38,674 nt of DNA from Nitrospiraceae bacterium (GTDB taxonomy: Bacteria > Nitrospirota > Nitrospiria > Nitrospirales > Nitrospiraceae): assembly GCA_035273365.1 (NCBI GenBank), contig DATEPD010000177.1, positions 1-38,674 on the forward strand. The letters are read 5' to 3'. Below are positions 5,965-18,325 of this stretch, piece by piece. Both the position numbers and the translations under genes were made by a program. Within the stretch, counting starts at the first letter, position 1, and the number at the start of each line of letters is the position of its first letter. Under the pieces are notes generated by a model that saw only the letters and a program-made list of their open reading frames with translations, made no database searches and was not told where the DNA came from.

Positions 5965-8304
5965 TTACCCTGCTTCGCGGTAACCGCACTCCTCGCTACG
6001 ACACTGGACGCTGCGGCCGACTTGTTTGCTGACTTTTTCAATGAGGAACGGGGCACTGCAGGTTGGGCAGGCCTTGTTGATCGGTCGATCCCACAATGCA
6101 TATTCGCAGGCGGGATACTTACTGCAGGCAAAGAACGAACGCCCTTTTCTTGTGCGCTTCTGGACGAGGTCACCACCACAGCCTGGCTGGGGACACTTCA
6201 CACCCAACGCAAGCGGCTTGGTGGTCTTGCACTCCGGATAGGCGGAGCAGGCGATGAACTTTCCAAACCGCCCGGTCTTCACCACCATCGGACTGCTGCA
6301 CTTCTCACACTTCTCATCCGTCGTGAGTTCAATCTTCGGAATAATTTTAATGGTGCCATCCTCAAGCTTTTCAAAGTTCTGCGTATTCTTGCAGGGGGGT
6401 TTGTCCTTGTATGCGGGACAGGCGAGAAACTTGCCGTTTCGCCCCCATTTAATCTCCATCATCCTGCCACACTTCTCGCAGGGAATATCCGTCGGTGGCT
6501 CCACCGTATCCTTAGGTCCTGGAATGGTCTTGGCACGCGCCATTTCGCGAGTGAACGGATCATAGAAATCGCGTACGGTTTCGACCCATGGTTTATTCCC
6601 TTCCTCAACCTCATCGAGCTCTTCTTCGAGGTGGGAGGTGAAATCGACGTTTACGATCTCAGGAAATCCCTTCATCAGGAAACCATTCACGGTTCGGCCG
6701 GTTTCGGTCGGGATGAATCGGCCCTCGACCTTCTCTACATACTTGCGATCTTGAATCGTTGAAATGATTGCGGCGTAGGTGGAAGGGCGGCCAATGCCCT
6801 TCTCTTCAAGTTCTTTGATCAAGAGCGCTTCGTTGTAGCGTGGCGGGGGCTGGGTGAAGTGCTGCTTCGACGTCACGCCGGGGATCGTTTGTTCGGTCTG
6901 TTCCACCAATCGCAACCGTTCGCCTTCGCTCAATGCGGGAAGCTGCCGTTCGGAGCCTTCTTCGACCTCATCTTCTTGTTTCGGCTTTTGTGCGAACAGC
7001 TCCCTGTCGACCCCCTCCATATAGACGATCGTGTGACCGGGAAATTTCACGACCGTCCCACTGGAACGGAACAGATAGATCCCCTTCGTTTCAAGGGGCT
7101 TCGATTCGACCCGAGTGACATCCAGAATGGCCGGCACCATCTGCGACGCAATGAAACGGTTCCAAATTAGCTTGTAGAGATTGTATTGATCCTGCTCCAG
7201 ATACTGCTTGATAGACTCCGGATCGCGAGCCGCTGATGTCGGTCGAATTGCCTCGTGGGCTTCTTGTGCGGCCTTCTGTGTCTTGTAGACATTTGGGGTT
7301 TCAGGGAGATATTCCGTCCCAAACTTTGACTGAATCACTTCTCTCGCTTCGGTCATCGCTTCATTCGATATCCTTGGAGAGTCGGTTCTCATATAGGTGA
7401 TGAGACCGGTAGAACCCTCTGCTCCAATTTCGATTCCCTCGTACAACTGCTGCGCAAGAGTCATCGTTTTCTTGGGCGTAAAGTGCAGTTTCCGCGCGGC
7501 GTCCTGTTGGAGACGGCTGGTAATAAAGGGGGCGACCGGATTCCGCCTCTTTTCCTTGCGTTCGATCGAGGTAACGGTAAAGGCCTTCCCCTGAATAGCC
7601 GCCACCACCTGCTGCGCCTGGTCGGCGTTCGAAATGGAGGCTTCTTCACCATTAATACTATGAAGCTTGGCTTCGAACGGAGGGGGATTGGTTCCGGCCA
7701 GGAGCGCCGTAATCGACCAGTACTCTTCTGCGCGAAATTCCTCACGTTCCTGTTCCCGTTCGCACATCAAACGGACGGCAACGGATTGTACCCGTCCCAT
7801 CGACAAGCCGCGCCTGACTTTACTCCACAATAGCTGGCTCCCCTGGTAGCCGACGATGCGATCCAGGATGCGGCGAGCCTGCTGCGCATTCACCAGCTTC
7901 ATGTCGATCTGTTCAGGCGACTGGAGCGCTTGCTTGATTGCCCGCTCTGTAATTTCGTTGAAGCGGACGCGAAAAAGTTTTCCGTCGTTTTTCTTTTTCG
8001 ATTTGCCCTTCAGCTCTTCAGCGAGGTGCCACGCGATGGCCTCACCTTCTCGATCAGGGTCCGGCGCGAGGAACACCTTATCGACCTCTGCTGCCTTTTT
8101 CTTAATCTCCGCCAATATCTTCGATTTCCCCTTGATCGTCACATACTGCGGCGTGAAATTGTGTTCCAGATCAACGCCAAGCTTGCTCGTGGGGAGATCC
8201 TTGATATGGCCGACCGAAGCCATGACGGTATAACCCCGCCCAAGATACTTGCTGATCGTCCGTGCTTTCGTCGGGGATTCGACAATTATAAGTGTCTTGG
8301 CCAT
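5965..8304 (-). CDS. topA: DNA topoisomerase I
   Basis: Toprim N-terminus MAKTLIIVESPTKA and active-site LITYMRTDS. Four C-terminal Cys4 zinc-ribbon repeats (CEKCG..., CEKCS..., CPQPGCGG..., CPTCS...). Confidence 0.97.
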   Translation of the reverse strand: MAKTLIIVESPTKARTISKYLGRGYTVMASVGHIKDLPTSKLGVDLEHNFTPQYVTIKGKSKILAEIKKKAAEVDKVFLAPDPDREGEAIAWHLAEELKGKSKKKNDGKLFRVRFNEITERAIKQALQSPEQIDMKLVNAQQARRILDRIVGYQGSQLLWSKVRRGLSMGRVQSVAVRLMCEREQEREEFRAEEYWSITALLAGTNPPPFEAKLHSINGEEASISNADQAQQVVAAIQGKAFTVTSIERKEKRRNPVAPFITSRLQQDAARKLHFTPKKTMTLAQQLYEGIEIGAEGSTGLITYMRTDSPRISNEAMTEAREVIQSKFGTEYLPETPNVYKTQKAAQEAHEAIRPTSAARDPESIKQYLEQDQYNLYKLIWNRFIASQMVPAILDVTRVESKPLETKGIYLFRSSGTVVKFPGHTIVYMEGVDRELFAQKPKQEDEVEEGSERQLPALSEGERLRLVEQTEQTIPGVTSKQHFTQPPPRYNEALLIKELEEKGIGRPSTYAAIISTIQDRKYVEKVEGRFIPTETGRTVNGFLMKGFPEIVNVDFTSHLEEELDEVEEGNKPWVETVRDFYDPFTREMARAKTIPGPKDTVEPPTDIPCEKCGRMMEIKWGRNGKFLACPAYKDKPPCKNTQNFEKLEDGTIKIIPKIELTTDEKCEKCSSPMVVKTGRFGKFIACSAYPECKTTKPLALGVKCPQPGCGGDLVQKRTRKGRSFFACSKYPACEYALWDRPINKACPTCSAPFLIEKVSKQVGRSVQCRSEECGYREAG

Positions 8305-8378
8305 GAAAACTCCGGTTCGCTACGAGGCTTCCCTCTCATCCGTATCAAATAATACGCATCTGTGCAACTGTTCGACGA

Positions 8379-9569
8379 TTACGCTCGAAGGTAGCGGTGT
8401 CCCGGCAGCGGTCTAATTCGCTGCCGAAGCTCCAGGGACAAGAGCGACGCCATCACTGTAGACACCGACAGCCCCGTGGCGATAATCACGTCATCCACTG
8501 TGCGCGGGTCATACGATAAGACATCATACACCCGCTGCTCTTCTTTGCCCAGCTGATCGCAAGGCACGTTCATCTCTCGAGAAGGTTGTACGCGCATTCG
8601 CAGCGCCGGTTCCAGTTGTGGCATGATCGCATGGATACAATCCTGCGCGCATTCGATTAAGGCCGCACCCTCTTTGAGCAATGCGTTCGTTCCGCGGCTG
8701 GCATTTTCCTTCACAAAGCCCGGTACCGCGAAGACCTCTCGACCCTGCTCGGCTGCAAGCCTCGCGGTAATCAATGATCCGCTGCTGATGGCCGCCTCTG
8801 TCACAATCACACCCAGAGACAACCCGCTGATGATACGATTCCGCCGGGGAAAGTGATGGCTATGGGGTGGGGAACCCACCGGCACCTCGGACAGGATTGC
8901 CCCCTGCTCCTCGATCTGTCCGCGTAACCGCGCGTGTTCCGGAGGATAGGTACGATCGATCCCGCAACCCAGCACCGCTATCGTGCGCCCCTGCGCGGCA
9001 AGCGCGCCTCGATGGGCCGCCGCATCAACTCCGCGCGCAAGCCCACTCACCACCGTCATACCGCTCCCCGCCAAATCGTGACTCAACTCTTCGGTCAGGG
9101 CACGTCCGGACGCTGTCGCACGTCGTGCACCCACAACGGCCACCGCCAGCTCGTCCTGCTCAGTCAATGTACCGGTAATGTATAAGAGTGGTGGAGGGTC
9201 CGCAATCATCTTCAGTCGTGTGGGATAGGTGGGATCTAATACACTCCGGACTTCAATGCGCTTACGCTCGATCGCATTGAGTTCCGATTCGATGCGCCGA
9301 CGGGCGGAACCATCAGGCCCGCATCGTATCGCATCTGCCAACTTCGAACTACATCCACTCTGAATCAACTCAGCACGGGAGGCACGCAGAACAGCTTTCG
9401 GAGTGTGCCAGGCACGAACTAACCGAATGACCGTCAGATCTCCCACTCCATCGATCGCCCGCAGGCAAAGCCAAGACTCTAACTCCGACCGTGTCATACG
9501 ATGGCCAGAAGAAGGACCTACGACCTCGCAGGGAGAATCTGCACTCACAGGCTGGATGATGGGCTGCAT
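8379..9569 (-). CDS. dprA: DNA processing protein DprA (Smf)
   Basis: Rossmann-like core with GLARGVDAAAHRGAL and a C-terminal winged-helix-like tail. It sits immediately upstream of topA, a common pairing. The start could instead be the internal ATG at 9497 (MTRSELESW). Confidence 0.9.
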   Translation of the reverse strand: MQPIIQPVSADSPCEVVGPSSGHRMTRSELESWLCLRAIDGVGDLTVIRLVRAWHTPKAVLRASRAELIQSGCSSKLADAIRCGPDGSARRRIESELNAIERKRIEVRSVLDPTYPTRLKMIADPPPLLYITGTLTEQDELAVAVVGARRATASGRALTEELSHDLAGSGMTVVSGLARGVDAAAHRGALAAQGRTIAVLGCGIDRTYPPEHARLRGQIEEQGAILSEVPVGSPPHSHHFPRRNRIISGLSLGVIVTEAAISSGSLITARLAAEQGREVFAVPGFVKENASRGTNALLKEGAALIECAQDCIHAIMPQLEPALRMRVQPSREMNVPCDQLGKEEQRVYDVLSYDPRTVDDVIIATGLSVSTVMASLLSLELRQRIRPLPGHRYLRA

Positions 9570-9792
9570 AGATCTCGTCGCACGAACGCCATAATCCTTA
9601 GCAGGATGCCGACACAGCCGGTCCGTCTAAAGAGACTGTTGCTCGGTTTGTCTCGTTTGTTTGGTTGAACAATCCCAAGTCGATGGACTACACAAACCAG
9701 ATGAATCTATCCTGTGCAGCGGTTTTCTTCTGGTCCTAAACATTTAGATTATCGTTGTTCTCTTGTGCCGAAAATGTTCGTCCCGCAATCTC

Positions 9793-11313
9793 TTAGAGTA
9801 CCGCGAGATCGTATTGTTCAAGATGTAAATGTTCATCCGGCATGACGATAATTTTCGCGGCACACTCGCGCTCCACAGCTTCGAGGCCTTGCCGCTCTTC
9901 ATCTTGCAGCAGCCCGACCACCGAGGGATGAGCGCCGATGACGATCCGCTGAGGCTCCGGACTGATGCCGATCCGACGGACATCGCGGAATATTTCATAG
10001 GCCACCGTAGTCGGAGATTTCGTATAGCCCCGCCCTTCGCAATAAAGACAGGGTTCGGAAAGCGAACGCAAGAGGTCCTCTCTGACCCGTTCACGAGAAA
10101 TCTCGATCAGCCCTAGGTCAGAGATTCTGGACACTCTGGTGCGGGCCTTGTCGGTTGACATCGCATCGAGCAATGCGTGGTAGACCTTGTCACGATTCTT
10201 CTCACGCTCCATGTCGATAAAATCGACAATGATGATCCCGCCGATCCCACGCAACTTTATCTGGTAGGCTACTTCTTTCGCCGCTTCCAAATTGTTCCGG
10301 AGAATGGTCTCCTCTTGATCGCGCTTCCCCACGAACCGTCCGGTGTTGACGTCAATGACGGTCATCGCTTCCGTATGGTCGATCACGAGGTGCCCACCGG
10401 ACTTCAGCCAGACTTTCCGGCTGAGAGCCCGCGCCATTTCCTGCTCCACGCCCAGATGATCGAAGAGACTTTCATCTTTGTCGTACAAATGAATGCGCGA
10501 AGTTTGCTCCGGCGAGAATCGCTGCACAAAATCCCGAACTGCCTGGTACTCCTCACGTGAATCGATCCATAACCGGTCGACTTTCTTCCCGAAGAGATCG
10601 CGCACGACGCGGAAACTCAAGTTCAAGTCTGCATGGAGCAATGCCGGCGACCCCTTCTGCTCACGTTTCGTCAGGATGTCCTGCCATAGCACGTGCAAAA
10701 AATCGACGTCGGATCGCAACTCATCCTCTTTGACCCCTTCGCTCACGGTGCGAACAATATATCCGCAGCCTGGATGCCGCACTCGCTTCATGATGTCCTT
10801 GAGCCGCGCCCGTTCCTCGTCACGGGCAATGCGACGGGAAACACCGATATGTTCCACATTGGGCATGAACACGAGATAGCGCCCGGGGAGCGACACATAC
10901 GTCGTGACACGCGAGCCTTTCGTACCGATAGGCCCTTTGGAAATCTGCACCATCAGCTCTTGCCCTTCACTCAACAACTGCTCAATCGGCTTGGAGCTTT
11001 GGCGCCGGGGACCCAGCATATCCCCATCCTTATCGGCGTCCTTGTCGTCCTCATCCGCATCCACGAGCGTGTCACCTGGCTCTGCGTCCAATGACAAATC
11101 CGACACATGCATGAACGCCGCCTTCGCAAGGCCGATATCGACAAATGCCGCCTGCATCCCAGGCAACACTTTCGCCACCTTCCCCTTATAAATGTTCCCG
11201 ACAAAGTCTTTGTGCTTCGCACGATCCCCGAAGAGATCCGTGACGACTCCGCCGTCCAACACCGCGACGCGAGTTTCCTCGCGTGCGACTGTAATCGCAA
11301 TTTCGATTCCCAT
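9793..11313 (-). CDS. rng: Ribonuclease G/E family endoribonuclease
   Basis: S1 domain GNIYKGKVAKVLPGMQAAFVDIG, a catalytic core with GGIIIVDFIDM, and a CxxC Zn-link (CLYCEGRG). The start is set at ATG 11313, because GGAAGGAG lies just upstream inside the longer track ORF. It follows the mre/mrd cluster, as rng does in enterics. Confidence 0.9.
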   Translation of the reverse strand: MGIEIAITVAREETRVAVLDGGVVTDLFGDRAKHKDFVGNIYKGKVAKVLPGMQAAFVDIGLAKAAFMHVSDLSLDAEPGDTLVDADEDDKDADKDGDMLGPRRQSSKPIEQLLSEGQELMVQISKGPIGTKGSRVTTYVSLPGRYLVFMPNVEHIGVSRRIARDEERARLKDIMKRVRHPGCGYIVRTVSEGVKEDELRSDVDFLHVLWQDILTKREQKGSPALLHADLNLSFRVVRDLFGKKVDRLWIDSREEYQAVRDFVQRFSPEQTSRIHLYDKDESLFDHLGVEQEMARALSRKVWLKSGGHLVIDHTEAMTVIDVNTGRFVGKRDQEETILRNNLEAAKEVAYQIKLRGIGGIIIVDFIDMEREKNRDKVYHALLDAMSTDKARTRVSRISDLGLIEISRERVREDLLRSLSEPCLYCEGRGYTKSPTTVAYEIFRDVRRIGISPEPQRIVIGAHPSVVGLLQDEERQGLEAVERECAAKIIVMPDEHLHLEQYDLAVL

Positions 11314-11482
11314 ACCAACTCCTTCCATTCAGCAGAACCGTCGCACCGATGTGCAGGACGAACGCGGGGAATCCCCAGGTTCCGGCCTTCACTCGACTGC
11401 TCGTCGGCCCGACGGTTTGCACCATAACATTAACCTTTGCCTCGATCTCGGTGTCTACGAGACCGTAACGATCACCCTTTCA

Positions 11483-12598
11483 CTAAAAGAAACTCAATCG
11501 ACGGCGTTTAACATTCAAGAGCAGGCCGAGCGACGCCATAGTCATCACCGTCGCGCTCCCGCCGTAACTCATGAGCGGAAGGGGAATTCCCACAATGGGG
11601 AACATGCCTACCGTCATGCCGATATTGATCACTACGCAAAAACACAACATGCAGAGGATGCCGACTGCCAGCAGCGCCCCGAGCTGATCCTTCGCACGTG
11701 CCACAATTTCCAATGACAGCCAGATCAAGGCGACAAACAATATCAAGAGAGCCAGCACGCCGAGAAATCCCCATTCTTCTGCGAACACCGAAAAGACAAA
11801 ATCGGTATGCCCCTCGGGCAAGAACTTCAATTGGCTTTGCGTCCCTCCGTAAAGTCCCTTCCCCGTCAGCTCTCCCGCCCCAATGGCAATCTGCGATTGA
11901 AGCGCATGGTATCCCTTGCCTCCAGGATCGGAGACCGGATCGACAAACGTCATAATGCGCTGCCGCTGATAATCATGCAATGAACCCCACATCACCTCCC
12001 AGGCGAAGGGAAACAGCATCAATGAAAACAGAAGGATAATACCCAACGCCTTCGACTTCATGCCCACCATCAGCAACATCGCAGCATAGACTGCCACAAA
12101 GCTCAACCCGCTTCCGAGATCCGGCTGTTTCAGAATGAGGAGCAGCCCCGGCAGTACCAACAGCCCAGGAAGCACCACACGTTGGAGCCAACCCATCCGC
12201 GGCCTTTCCGAATAGTAGTACGCCAAAGTCAAAATGAGGATCAGCTTCGCGAATTCCGATGGCTGAAAGGCGAATGGCCCCATCGGAATCCATCGTTGCG
12301 CCCCTCGGCTACTCTTGCCCTCAAACAGTACGACCACAAGCAAGATTAAGATGATCGCATAGGCAGGATACGCTAAGCGTGCGATTCGATGATAGTCCGA
12401 GAGCCACATGACGAGAAACGCGACCGTCCCAAGCAGGATCCACACAAGCTGTTTGGCATAAAACGGGAACGCAACCCCTTGGTCATGTGTCACGCTATAA
12501 ATCGACAGAACACCTAGCCCCAGGATGGCAAAGATCAGCCCGATAAATCGAAAATCGAAGTTATCGACGCCACGGCTCGTGATCACCCGATCGATCAT
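11483..12598 (-). CDS. rodA: Rod shape-determining protein RodA (SEDS family)
   Basis: Multi-TM FtsW/RodA/SpoVE protein with the C-terminal GIPLPLMSYGGSA motif. Its ATG overlaps the mrdA stop by 4 nt. Confidence 0.93.
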   Translation of the reverse strand: MIDRVITSRGVDNFDFRFIGLIFAILGLGVLSIYSVTHDQGVAFPFYAKQLVWILLGTVAFLVMWLSDYHRIARLAYPAYAIILILLVVVLFEGKSSRGAQRWIPMGPFAFQPSEFAKLILILTLAYYYSERPRMGWLQRVVLPGLLVLPGLLLILKQPDLGSGLSFVAVYAAMLLMVGMKSKALGIILLFSLMLFPFAWEVMWGSLHDYQRQRIMTFVDPVSDPGGKGYHALQSQIAIGAGELTGKGLYGGTQSQLKFLPEGHTDFVFSVFAEEWGFLGVLALLILFVALIWLSLEIVARAKDQLGALLAVGILCMLCFCVVINIGMTVGMFPIVGIPLPLMSYGGSATVMTMASLGLLLNVKRRRLSFF

Positions 12599-14469
12599 CT
12601 CGTTCCCTGCCCAACGGCATCCCCTCCCCGGGCAACCGCACCATCGGTCAAACCGGAAGAAGCGGGAAGATTTAGTTTGATATAGGTCTCGATCAGCTCT
12701 TTGGCAAGGGGCGCCGAGGCAGACCCCCCGTGGCCCAAGTGTTCACCCAGTACCGCAACGGCGATGGTGGGTGCCTCGACCGGAGCGAATGCGACAAACC
12801 AGGCATGATCGCGGAACTTCTTCGGAATATCCTTCTCTGGACCAGTGCGCAAGGCCGCTACCTGAGCCGTACCAGTCTTCCCTCCGATCGTCACCAGCGC
12901 CGACTGCGCCCGTGTGCCCGTTCCCTCTTTCACGACCCCAGCCAGTGCCTCCCTAATCCGCGATAGAATCCCGGGCTTCAACGTCACCGTGCGCTTGGGA
13001 ATCGCAGGCCTTTGCTGGAGTTCTCCGGTTGCTCGATCCAGCACTGCCTGGACCAATCGAGGACGGAACGTGACACCATCGTTTGCGACAGTACCAATCA
13101 AACTCGCCATCTGCAGCGGGGTCACATTCACATAGCCCTGTCCGATTGATGCCGAGATCGTTTCGCCTGGCAGCCACGGCTCATTCTTGGCCTTCCGTTT
13201 CCACGCTTCAGAAGGCACGATCCCAACCCGTTCTGACGGCAGTTCGATTCCGGTCTCCTCTCCCAACCCAAATTGATGGGCAAAGGACGCCATTGTCTCG
13301 ATCCCCATCCGCTGCCCGATGGTGTAGAAATAGACGTCGCACGATTGCACGAGCGCGCGTCTGAGATCCACCGCACCATGCCCACCGGCTTTCCAGTCAT
13401 GATACAGGCGACGCCCGAATTGATACCCGCCATTGCAGAAGATGGATGTCTCCGGCGTCACAGTCTTGGTCTCTAAAGCAGCAGCGGCCATCATCACCTT
13501 GAAAACGGAACCGGGGGGATATTGCCCTTGCGAGGCTCGATTGTTCAAGGGACGCCCCTCATCTTGCACGATATCGGCCCATTGTTTCGGTGTGAGTTCC
13601 CGCGAGAGCACGTTCGGATCGAAACCAGGACGGCTGGCCATGGCAAGTACATCGCCTGTCCTCGGATCAAGCGCAACAATCGCGCCCGATTCCTCCCCTA
13701 ACAGATGTTCGGCCGCTTTTTGCAGCCGCGCATCGATCGTGAGATACAAGTTGTTCCCCGCATGGGGCTGTTCCACCACCACGGTTCGTTTCTCGTGACC
13801 GACCGCATCGACTTCTATGCTTTTTTGTCCGGCCTGACCGCGCATCAGCTGATCAAAAAATTTCTCTACCCCATACTGCCCAACAATGCTGCCCTGGTGC
13901 AGGTCAGCAAACTCAGGTTTGTCTAACTGCTCGGGCGACACTTCCCCCACATAGCCCAACAGATGCGAGGCCGTCACTCCGCCGGGATAGTTCCGTTGCG
14001 ATTCAACTTGGACCATGACTCCGGGTAAGTCCAGACGGTGAGACTCGATCAACGTTGCTTCTCGAAGGGTTAAGCGACCCTTGACCTTGCGCGGTAGTTG
14101 TTTGCTGCCCCGAGCCGTGAGCTTACTTCTAACGAGCGCGGCATCGAGCCCTAATAGATTGCTGAGCTGATCAATGAGCAGGTCGCGATCTTTGACGTCC
14201 TCAAGCGAGACGTAGAGCGTGAAACTTGGAACATTATTCGCCAACAGCACCCCGTTGCGATCGTAGATGAGCCCTCGAGCTGGCTCCATGACGACAGAAC
14301 GCGTCCGATTGTTTTCGGAAAGATCACGATAGTAGGGCCCCTCTCGAATCTGCAAGTGCCACAGCCGCAGCCCCAGTAATGCCACGACAAGCAGCAAGCC
14401 GACGCGGAGGATGACCAATCTGCGTTGGAGTTCTCCAAGTTCAGAATCGTGGAGTCCAGCTGTGTCCAT
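12595..14469 (-). CDS. mrdA: Penicillin-binding protein 2 (elongasome transpeptidase)
   Basis: N-terminal TM anchor and PBP dimerisation domain. Transpeptidase motifs SVFK (SxxK) and KTGTAQ are present. It lies between mreD and rodA. Confidence 0.93.
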   Translation of the reverse strand: MDTAGLHDSELGELQRRLVILRVGLLLVVALLGLRLWHLQIREGPYYRDLSENNRTRSVVMEPARGLIYDRNGVLLANNVPSFTLYVSLEDVKDRDLLIDQLSNLLGLDAALVRSKLTARGSKQLPRKVKGRLTLREATLIESHRLDLPGVMVQVESQRNYPGGVTASHLLGYVGEVSPEQLDKPEFADLHQGSIVGQYGVEKFFDQLMRGQAGQKSIEVDAVGHEKRTVVVEQPHAGNNLYLTIDARLQKAAEHLLGEESGAIVALDPRTGDVLAMASRPGFDPNVLSRELTPKQWADIVQDEGRPLNNRASQGQYPPGSVFKVMMAAAALETKTVTPETSIFCNGGYQFGRRLYHDWKAGGHGAVDLRRALVQSCDVYFYTIGQRMGIETMASFAHQFGLGEETGIELPSERVGIVPSEAWKRKAKNEPWLPGETISASIGQGYVNVTPLQMASLIGTVANDGVTFRPRLVQAVLDRATGELQQRPAIPKRTVTLKPGILSRIREALAGVVKEGTGTRAQSALVTIGGKTGTAQVAALRTGPEKDIPKKFRDHAWFVAFAPVEAPTIAVAVLGEHLGHGGSASAPLAKELIETYIKLNLPASSGLTDGAVARGGDAVGQGTR

Positions 14470-14506
14470 GAGTCAGAACCAACATCCCGCCATAATTACA
14501 GACCGC

Positions 14507-14998
14507 CTATTCGGTCCTCAGGCGGGCGACATCAAACCGCTGAGAGAGCAGCCAATAAAGCCCCGCCGCCACCACTCCATCAAAACACGCTTGTGGAAAG
14601 ACGATCGACTCGATCATCCACCACATCTGAGATACATCGAGATGTGGAAAGTTCATCGCGGCAAATATCCCGCTCACCAAAGACACCAGCAGCAGCCCCA
14701 TACCCACTGTGACCGGCGTCATTTGCGATACCTGACGCCCTAGGAATCCCGCCAAGAACCCAACGCCCCCGTTCGTGAGGAGACTGAGCCAGAGTTCACC
14801 GGCCGAGAACAGATTCAGAACCCATCCGATCGTAAGCCCCACGAGAAGGCCTTCCAGTTCACCGGCAAATATCCCGACAAAGGCAGCGGCCACAAGCCCC
14901 AAATCCGGCTTAATGTTCCACACACTCAGATGTGGAAGCAGCGTCGTCTGCAGGGGGACCAGCAGCAGCACGAGAATCAGGTAGAGAAGGAATTTCAT
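14507..14998 (-). CDS. mreD: Rod shape-determining protein MreD
   Basis: 163-aa polytopic membrane protein. It overlaps the mreC stop by 4 nt and occupies the canonical position in mreBCD. Confidence 0.8.
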   Translation of the reverse strand: MKFLLYLILVLLLVPLQTTLLPHLSVWNIKPDLGLVAAAFVGIFAGELEGLLVGLTIGWVLNLFSAGELWLSLLTNGGVGFLAGFLGRQVSQMTPVTVGMGLLLVSLVSGIFAAMNFPHLDVSQMWWMIESIVFPQACFDGVVAAGLYWLLSQRFDVARLRTE

Positions 14999-15876
14999 GG
15001 TGACGGCTTCCCCAGGAGATCCGCTCCTGCCCCGGCCTTCGTAGACTGTCCATACGACGTCTGAATGACCAACACCTCCTCCACACGACCGACATCGACT
15101 TCCGGCGTGAGTTCGGCAGACTGGAAGAGGGCACCTTCTTCTTTATCGATGCGCGTAATCGTGCCGATTACGAGCCCTCGGGGAAACCCTCCGACAAGGC
15201 CCGAGGTCACGACCCGATCACCGTCTCGGAGCGTCGACAGCAACGGAATATACTTGAGCCGGGCCAGCCCTTGTTGAGTCCCCTCCACAACGCCTTCGTC
15301 TCTCGTCCGCTGAATGAGACCAGCGATGGCATTGTTCGGATCGGTCACCAGGAGCACCACCGAAGACGCGCCCGTCGTTTTCACAACGCGCCCGACAACT
15401 CCAGCGGGCGTGACCACTCCCATATCTGGTTTGATCCCGTCACTCTCACCCTTATCGAGAATGATGGCTCGATAGCGGTTCGTCGCATCACGTCCGATGA
15501 CTTGAGCGGCGATCATTGTAGGAAGCGCTTGTTCCTTAAAACTCAGCAAGGCGGTCAATCGTTCTGTCGCAGCGGCAGACTCACGTAACTGGTTATGTTG
15601 TCCACGCAACCATTCTATTTCTTTCCGGAGTTGTTGGTTCTCTTCCCGTACCCCTTGCAATGCCACGTACTGTGCCCAGCGATCAGCAACGCCGGCATCG
15701 ATGGAGGCAATGGATTCGAGCGGAACACGTACGACGTGTCCGACCGGCCCATCCAGATATTGCAGGAGTCCTTGGATTTGGTTGGGAAGCAGAAAAAGAG
15801 CTACCACCAGAAGCGCTAAGCAAGCAAGTGCCAGGCGTCTGGCACCGTAGGGAGTACGAGAGTGAGCCATCCACAT
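14995..15876 (-). CDS. mreC: Rod shape-determining protein MreC
   Basis: N-terminal TM, then a coiled coil (ENQQLRKEIEWLRGQ), then beta-rich domains (GDRVVTSGLVGGFPRGLVIG). Confidence 0.9.
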   Translation of the reverse strand: MWMAHSRTPYGARRLALACLALLVVALFLLPNQIQGLLQYLDGPVGHVVRVPLESIASIDAGVADRWAQYVALQGVREENQQLRKEIEWLRGQHNQLRESAAATERLTALLSFKEQALPTMIAAQVIGRDATNRYRAIILDKGESDGIKPDMGVVTPAGVVGRVVKTTGASSVVLLVTDPNNAIAGLIQRTRDEGVVEGTQQGLARLKYIPLLSTLRDGDRVVTSGLVGGFPRGLVIGTITRIDKEEGALFQSAELTPEVDVGRVEEVLVIQTSYGQSTKAGAGADLLGKPSP

Positions 15877-15897
15877 AAAAGAGTTAGGGATGGAACC

Positions 15898-17440
<1,543 letters not shown>

Positions 17441-17465
17441 GGGATCTCCTTACAATTAGTGGCAA

Positions 17466-17494
17466 AGTATAACAAATCAGACTATCTAGCACAA
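17466..17494 (-). promoter_or_regulatory. Candidate sigma70 promoter for the RDD-mreBCD-mrdA-rodA array
   Basis: On the minus strand this reads TTGTGC-N17-TATACT, about 25 nt upstream of the RDD start. Confidence 0.35.
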
Positions 17495-17567
17495 ACAAAG
17501 ACCATTCTCCGACAGATCAAGTTTTATGCAAACTGATATGGTCGCAAACTTGGAGAACAGGTGTCTC

Positions 17568-17596
17568 TTGCCTTTGCCCAGATCCCTGAGTAGAAT
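17568..17596 (+). promoter_or_regulatory. Candidate sigma70 promoter for the PpiD-like gene
   Basis: TTGCCT (17568-17573)-N17-TAGAAT (17591-17596). GAGGA lies 6 nt before ATG 17627. Confidence 0.45.
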
Positions 17597-17626
17597 CGGC
17601 CAATACGAATTTCCCGAGGAATTTTC

Positions 17627-18325
17627 ATGCTCAAATTGATGCGCGAGTCATCGCACAGCTATCCCTGGCTCCTCAAGTCCGTCATGGGGATTATTGCCCT
17701 CGCCTTCGTTATCACCATGGGCTGGTGGGGATTCGGCGAACAGACCGGCACCGTTGTCGCCTCGGTCGGAGATCTCACCGTGTCCCACGATGAATTCCGA
17801 CGCGCGTATGAGAATACCTATCGCTTCTATAAGGACAAAGTCCCTGGAGAATTCAAAGACGAAACGATCAAACAATTAGTGGTGGATCAACTCATCGACA
17901 ATCGGACTTGGCTCATTGCGGCAAAGAACATGGGCGTCACGGTGTCGAACGACGACCTGCGTGAAGTGATCATGCAAATCCCGGACTTCCAAAAAAATGG
18001 CACATTCGATCCGGAGATCTACAAACGGCTCCTGGCAGCGAATCATCTGACACCCGCGACCTTCGAGGCGATGGAAGCAAAAGAGGTATTAAGCAACAAA
18101 GCCAAGATGATTATCCGTGACGCCGTGGCCCTTACCCCTGATGAGCTCACTGAGGCACAAGCCCTCACGCTACGGCAAACGGAATCAGATCCCGCGAAGG
18201 TTGCCGCAGCAAAGGACCGTGCCATGCAGGATGTCCTCTTTCAAAAGCAGCAACGCGCGCTGATGGCCTATACTCAATCACTAAAAGCCACCATCCCCAT
18301 CAAGATCCACCGCGAATTACTCTAA
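17627..18325 (+). CDS. SurA N-terminal-domain / PpiD-like periplasmic chaperone (short form, no PPIase domain)
   Basis: The N-terminus MLKLMRESSHSYPWLLKSVMGIIALAFVI is the typical PpiD membrane anchor. It is followed by a SurA_N-like helical region. At 232 aa it is too short to hold a parvulin domain. Confidence 0.75.
   Translation: MLKLMRESSHSYPWLLKSVMGIIALAFVITMGWWGFGEQTGTVVASVGDLTVSHDEFRRAYENTYRFYKDKVPGEFKDETIKQLVVDQLIDNRTWLIAAKNMGVTVSNDDLREVIMQIPDFQKNGTFDPEIYKRLLAANHLTPATFEAMEAKEVLSNKAKMIIRDAVALTPDELTEAQALTLRQTESDPAKVAAAKDRAMQDVLFQKQQRALMAYTQSLKATIPIKIHRELL

Noticed and set aside
6022-6762. 246-aa plus-strand ORF (and neighbours 6026-6241, 6254-6565)
   Set aside because: These are shadow ORFs opposite the zinc-ribbon region of topA, with low-complexity translations.
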